DNA of 7,238 nucleotides from Candidatus Nanobsidianus stetteri (GTDB lineage: Archaea; Nanobdellota; Nanobdellia; Nanobdellales; Nanobdellaceae), in contig APJZ01000007.1 of NCBI GenBank assembly GCA_000387965.1, forward strand, positions 1-7,238. Reading direction: 5' to 3'. The notes below the pieces were generated by a model. It did not search any database. It saw only the letters and a list, made by a program, of their open reading frames with translations, and had not been told where the DNA came from. Made by a program: the position numbers and the translations under genes. Below are positions 4,077 to 7,238 of this stretch, piece by piece (within the stretch, counting starts at the first letter, position 1; each line of letters starts with the position of its first letter).

Positions 4077-7000
4077 TTATGAATAAAATAGTTCATAATT
4101 TCCAAATCCTTGTGGTATAAATGTATTATTTGTAGATATTATATTTCCATTACCTGCTACTATCTTTTCTACAATATAACTAGTAGCAGGTGGTAGATCA
4201 ATAAATGTAATATTTCCATTTATATTTCCTATTATAGATATTCCTTCATAATAATTATATAATACATTATTTACATTTGCATTATATATTACACTACTTA
4301 AACTATTTACAAATCCTTGTGAATTATTATAATATATATTTACACTTCCTGTAGATGTTGTTAAATTATTTATATATCCACTTCCATATATTTCCATACC
4401 CAATTGTGAATTATATAATGATATATTTGTTGCATTACCTGTTAAATAATATCCAAATAATCCTCCATTTGTTGTTACATTTATTATATTATTATAAGTA
4501 GTTTCATATAATCCAAATACTTGTCCTACTTTTATATAATCATTTTCTATATTATTTCCTGAAGAAGTTAAATATATTCCAAATATATTTGATTGTATAT
4601 TATTATTTATTATATTATTATTATTTCCGTTGTTTATCTTTATTCCAAATATATTTGATATTATATTATTGTTTTCTATTACATTATTTATTGCATTTCC
4701 ATCAAAATATATTCCAAATATTTGTCCATTTATATTTGAATTATTTATTATTACATTATATGGATTATCATCATATATTCCCCATACTGATGATTGAATA
4801 TTAACATTATCTATTGTTGAATTTTGTATATAACCATATATTGATCCTATATTTCCATTTATTGTAGAATTATATACATTTACTATTGATGGATTCTTTA
4901 CATCTATTCCAAATAATCCTGAATTTATATTTGAATTTATTAAATTTAATTCTCCATTATTTACATTTATTGCAAATAGATTTGTATTAATATTTATATT
5001 CTGTATTGTTACATTTGATGATAATATTTGTATAACAGGTAATCCTGGATTTGCTGGTTCAAATATTGTATTTTGTCCTAATAATGTTATATTTTTTCCT
5101 TGTGGGTTTATTATTAAATTTACTAAATATACTCCTGGAGAGAATACTATTATTGGTATAGAACTATTAATTGCTGAATCTATTATTCCTTGTATTTGTG
5201 TATTACTTAGTGTATTATTTATTACTGATACATTATATGAATTTTGTGATATATATATTACTTGTGGATTTGTATACTGATTTAATCCATAATTATTATA
5301 TGCATATACTCTATACCATATTGAATAATATCCATTACTATTTAATTTTGCATATTGTTGTAATATTCCATTGTATAATATATCTGAACATGAATTTGCT
5401 ATTGTTACCCATTGATTGCTTGTTTGATTTAATAATTGTATATTACAATAATCTTGTCCTAATGTATTATCATATACATTTGAATTAATTTCTAATAACC
5501 ATATATTTTCTTGCGTACCATTTGATGGTGTAGGATATACATATGATACATTAAATATTGGTTGAGGTAATGTATAAATATATATTCCAGTTGAATTTGT
5601 CTGTCCTAATGGATTAGATGTTGATAATTGTATTGTTATATTTCCACCATTTGGTATAATATTATATAATCCTGGTAAATTATATGATGAATTTTCATAA
5701 TTTAATTGAATAATATTATTACCTGGTGTTACATTTATACTATATGTATTTCCATTTATTGTTACATTTACATTTGGATAGTTTGTATAAAATGATATAT
5801 TTAGTTGATAGTAATTTGATATTGAATTATTTGAAGGAGAGATAATATATATTTGTGGGTTAACTATGGGAATTACTGCTATAGTAGTAGAATTTGTAGC
5901 TCCATTTTGGGAAGTACCCGAAATTGTTACTGAATATGTTCCTGGAGTAATTGAAGATGATGCAGTAACGGTTAAAGTTACAGATGCATTTGGAGTAATA
6001 GTAGTATTAGATAGTGAACATTGTAGATTTGAATTACTTGTAGAACAAGATAAAGTTACTGGCAAAGGTGTATTTCCTGTTAATTGATTTACATATATTA
6101 TTGTTGAATTAGAAGAACCTATATTTAAATAGATACTGTTTGGTCCTGTAATATTAAAGGTAAATACTGGAAATCCTAATACTAATGCAGAAACATAAGA
6201 TCCCTGATTTGAATTAATAGTATATGAAACACTATAACTACCTGGAGATAAATCACTACATTCTGCAGCATATGCACTAGCAGAATTTCCTGAAGATGTT
6301 AAGAATAATTGAGAACATCCAGTAGGTAATGCTACACTACTTATATATCCACCATTTATACCATTGCCCGATAATGATAATAAAATTAATGCTGTTTCAT
6401 TTTGATTTTGTACATTAAATGATATTGTTTGAGTAGTAGTTGTTGTATATGTATTTGTTGAATTATATAAAATTACTGGAGTAGAATAATTATTTATTGA
6501 AATACCCCCTATTACATTATATAAATTTTGTGAATTAAAGGAACATATATTATTATTTGATTCTCCTATTATAGAATTTGAATTTTCTACTAATACATTA
6601 AAGTTTGGAGTTATTACATTGGATAATAAAGAAATTGAAGGCATTACTCCATTTGGGGGATATGCTCTTGCTATTACCCATTCAATATATTGATATACAC
6701 CATATCCACCAGTTCCTGCACTAATTTCTAATGTTGGATATTGGAAAGGGTTATAATTTAAACTAGAAGATATGTATCCATTATAATTTAAAGGATACAT
6801 ATCTAATAATGTTAATGGAACCCATACTTGATTAGAATTATAAATATAATATCCTGTTTGTGCATAAGATGAATTAACAATTAAATATGAATAAACTGTT
6901 CCTCCATTATAATATAAAATATTAGAATACGCACTTCCTAAAACAGTGTTTGTTACTGCAGATTTTAAATAAAAATATCCTCCATCTTGATTATATTCTG

Positions 7001-7238
7001 CAAGCGTAGATAAATTAGATGCTGGTGTATTCCCTCCATACGTAGATCCAATACTAGATACCAAAATTTGCTGGTTTGTATTTCCAAATAATGCTATTAC
7101 ATTCGATCCCCAATAATTTGAGTCACTCCAAGCCTCTTCAACAATTAAAGGTATTTTTGGAATATTTCCATTATTTGGAGGTAAAATATATGTACCTTCA
7201 GAACCTTGATTATTTAACATTTCAATACCATTTGAAGT
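4077..7238 (-). CDS. Large putative secreted/surface glycoprotein (partial, N-terminus off-window): lectin-like head + Ig-like beta-sandwich modules + right-handed parallel beta-helix (NosD/pectate-lyase-like)
   Basis: There are 1047 codons from the ATG at 7220, and the frame stays open to the window edge (TSNGIE precedes the Met). The N/S/T/I/Y/G-dominated composition has very few charged residues, unlike neighbouring proteins. I hand-counted about 35 N-X-S/T sequons. A NosD-like cap, IQGIIDSAINSSIPIIVFSPGVYLVNLII..KNITLLG, is followed by about 10 coils of 21-23 aa carrying [LIV][FWY]G[IL]. There is no signal peptide after the Met at 7220, which supports an upstream start. Confidence 0.85.
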   Translation of the reverse strand, partial: TSNGIEMLNNQGSEGTYILPPNNGNIPKIPLIVEEAWSDSNYWGSNVIALFGNTNQQILVSSIGSTYGGNTPASNLSTLAEYNQDGGYFYLKSAVTNTVLGSAYSNILYYNGGTVYSYLIVNSSYAQTGYYIYNSNQVWVPLTLLDMYPLNYNGYISSSLNYNPFQYPTLEISAGTGGYGVYQYIEWVIARAYPPNGVMPSISLLSNVITPNFNVLVENSNSIIGESNNNICSFNSQNLYNVIGGISINNYSTPVILYNSTNTYTTTTTQTISFNVQNQNETALILLSLSGNGINGGYISSVALPTGCSQLFLTSSGNSASAYAAECSDLSPGSYSVSYTINSNQGSYVSALVLGFPVFTFNITGPNSIYLNIGSSNSTIIYVNQLTGNTPLPVTLSCSTSNSNLQCSLSNTTITPNASVTLTVTASSSITPGTYSVTISGTSQNGATNSTTIAVIPIVNPQIYIISPSNNSISNYYQLNISFYTNYPNVNVTINGNTYSINVTPGNNIIQLNYENSSYNLPGLYNIIPNGGNITIQLSTSNPLGQTNSTGIYIYTLPQPIFNVSYVYPTPSNGTQENIWLLEINSNVYDNTLGQDYCNIQLLNQTSNQWVTIANSCSDILYNGILQQYAKLNSNGYYSIWYRVYAYNNYGLNQYTNPQVIYISQNSYNVSVINNTLSNTQIQGIIDSAINSSIPIIVFSPGVYLVNLIINPQGKNITLLGQNTIFEPANPGLPVIQILSSNVTIQNININTNLFAINVNNGELNLINSNINSGLFGIDVKNPSIVNVYNSTINGNIGSIYGYIQNSTIDNVNIQSSVWGIYDDNPYNVIINNSNINGQIFGIYFDGNAINNVIENNNIISNIFGIKINNGNNNNIINNNIQSNIFGIYLTSSGNNIENDYIKVGQVFGLYETTYNNIINVTTNGGLFGYYLTGNATNISLYNSQLGMEIYGSGYINNLTTSTGSVNIYYNNSQGFVNSLSSVIYNANVNNVLYNYYEGISIIGNINGNITFIDLPPATSYIVEKIVAGNGNIISTNNTFIPQGFGNYELFYS
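4380..4990 (-). repeat. Intragenic imperfect tandem coding repeats (period about 63-69 nt) encoding parallel beta-helix (PbH1-type) coils
   Basis: The protein shows successive coils: LFAINVNN.., LFGIDVKN.., IYGYIQNS.., VWGIYDDN.., IFGIYFDG.., IFGIKINN.., IFGIYLTS.., VFGLYETT.., LFGYYLTG.., MEIYGSG... At the DNA level the string attccaaatatatttgat recurs exactly at about 4577-4594 and 4634-4651. Confidence 0.7.
5866..6090 (-). other. Ig-like (CARDB/APHP-like) beta-sandwich module within the large surface protein
   Basis: PVTLSCSTSNSNLQCSLSNTTITPNASVTLTVTASSSITPGTYSVTISGTSQNGATNSTTIAVIP shows the alternating beta-strand pattern and the ...pGtYtvtv.. motif typical of archaeal cell-surface Ig-like domains. 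It contains a close Cys pair and is locally richer in GC. Confidence 0.5.
6640..7238 (-). other. Putative concanavalin/LamG-like (DUF2341-like) beta-sandwich head domain of the large surface protein
   Basis: This Y/G/N/S-rich beta-strand region ends in YQYIEWVIARAYPPNGVMPS. That resembles the terminal [IV][DE]W[VI]xxRxY strand plus Pro-rich linker that I associate with DUF2341/LamG-type domains. The assignment rests on memory of the motif only. Confidence 0.3.

Noticed and set aside
4380-4990. Periodic repeated strings (e.g. attccaaatatatttgat twice, about 57 nt apart) that could suggest a CRISPR or tandem-repeat array
   Set aside because: The repeats lie in frame inside a long ORF and correspond to 21-23-aa beta-helix coils. 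They are imperfect, have no unique spacers of constant length, and there is no leader or cas gene.
4589-6087. + strand ORFs 4589..4804, 5171..5488 and 5866..6087
   Set aside because: All are antisense to the large surface-protein gene. AAT/ATT/TAT-type codons have stop-free reverse complements, which gives long spurious open frames. The 5866..6087 one simply mirrors the T/V/G-rich Ig-like module.
7220-7222. The ATG at 7220 as the true start of the large protein
   Set aside because: The frame is open upstream to the window edge. The sequence following this Met (MLNNQGSEGTYILPP...) has no signal peptide or TM segment, which is unexpected for a protein with extracellular-type composition. I therefore treat the gene as 5'-partial.
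4077-7238. Diversity-generating retroelement (DGR) target, since DGRs are known in Nanoarchaeota-related archaea and target surface or lectin-fold proteins
   Set aside because: There is no reverse transcriptase ORF in the window. I could not find a template/variable repeat pair of about 100 bp differing at adenines. The C-terminus does not look like a C-type-lectin variable region. An off-window DGR cannot be excluded.

Overview
This is an extremely AT-rich (by eye about 20-25% G+C), tightly packed archaeal chromosomal segment with 8 protein-coding genes. Seven are co-directional on the minus strand, with spacers of only 30-93 nt, one 8-nt stop/start overlap and one 66-nt convergent overlap. 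Recognisable products are an HMf-type archaeal histone, a type-2 methionine aminopeptidase, a TruA-family tRNA pseudouridine synthase and a DUF72 protein. There is also an Fe/Mn-superoxide-dismutase-like ORF that encodes only the N-terminal half of the fold. The rest are two orphan ORFs (196 aa and 107 aa) and one very large (>1047 aa) N/S/T/I/Y/G-rich putative surface glycoprotein whose frame is still open at the right window edge. That protein appears to combine a lectin-like head, Ig-like modules and a NosD/pectate-lyase-type right-handed beta-helix. The archaeal histone, very low GC, K/I/N/Y/E-rich cytoplasmic proteins, TATA-like boxes about 25 nt upstream of ATGs with no Shine-Dalgarno, and minimal spacers together suggest a reduced-genome DPANN/Nanoarchaeota-like archaeon; this is inference and no search was possible. 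I see no rRNA/tRNA genes, CRISPR array, transposase/integrase or recognisable defence genes, and no convincing multi-gene novel system. The strongest leads are the giant sequon-saturated surface protein (candidate host-contact or S-layer protein) and the half-SOD gene whose 3' end overlaps a convergent orphan ORF (possible split gene or domain-loss relic).
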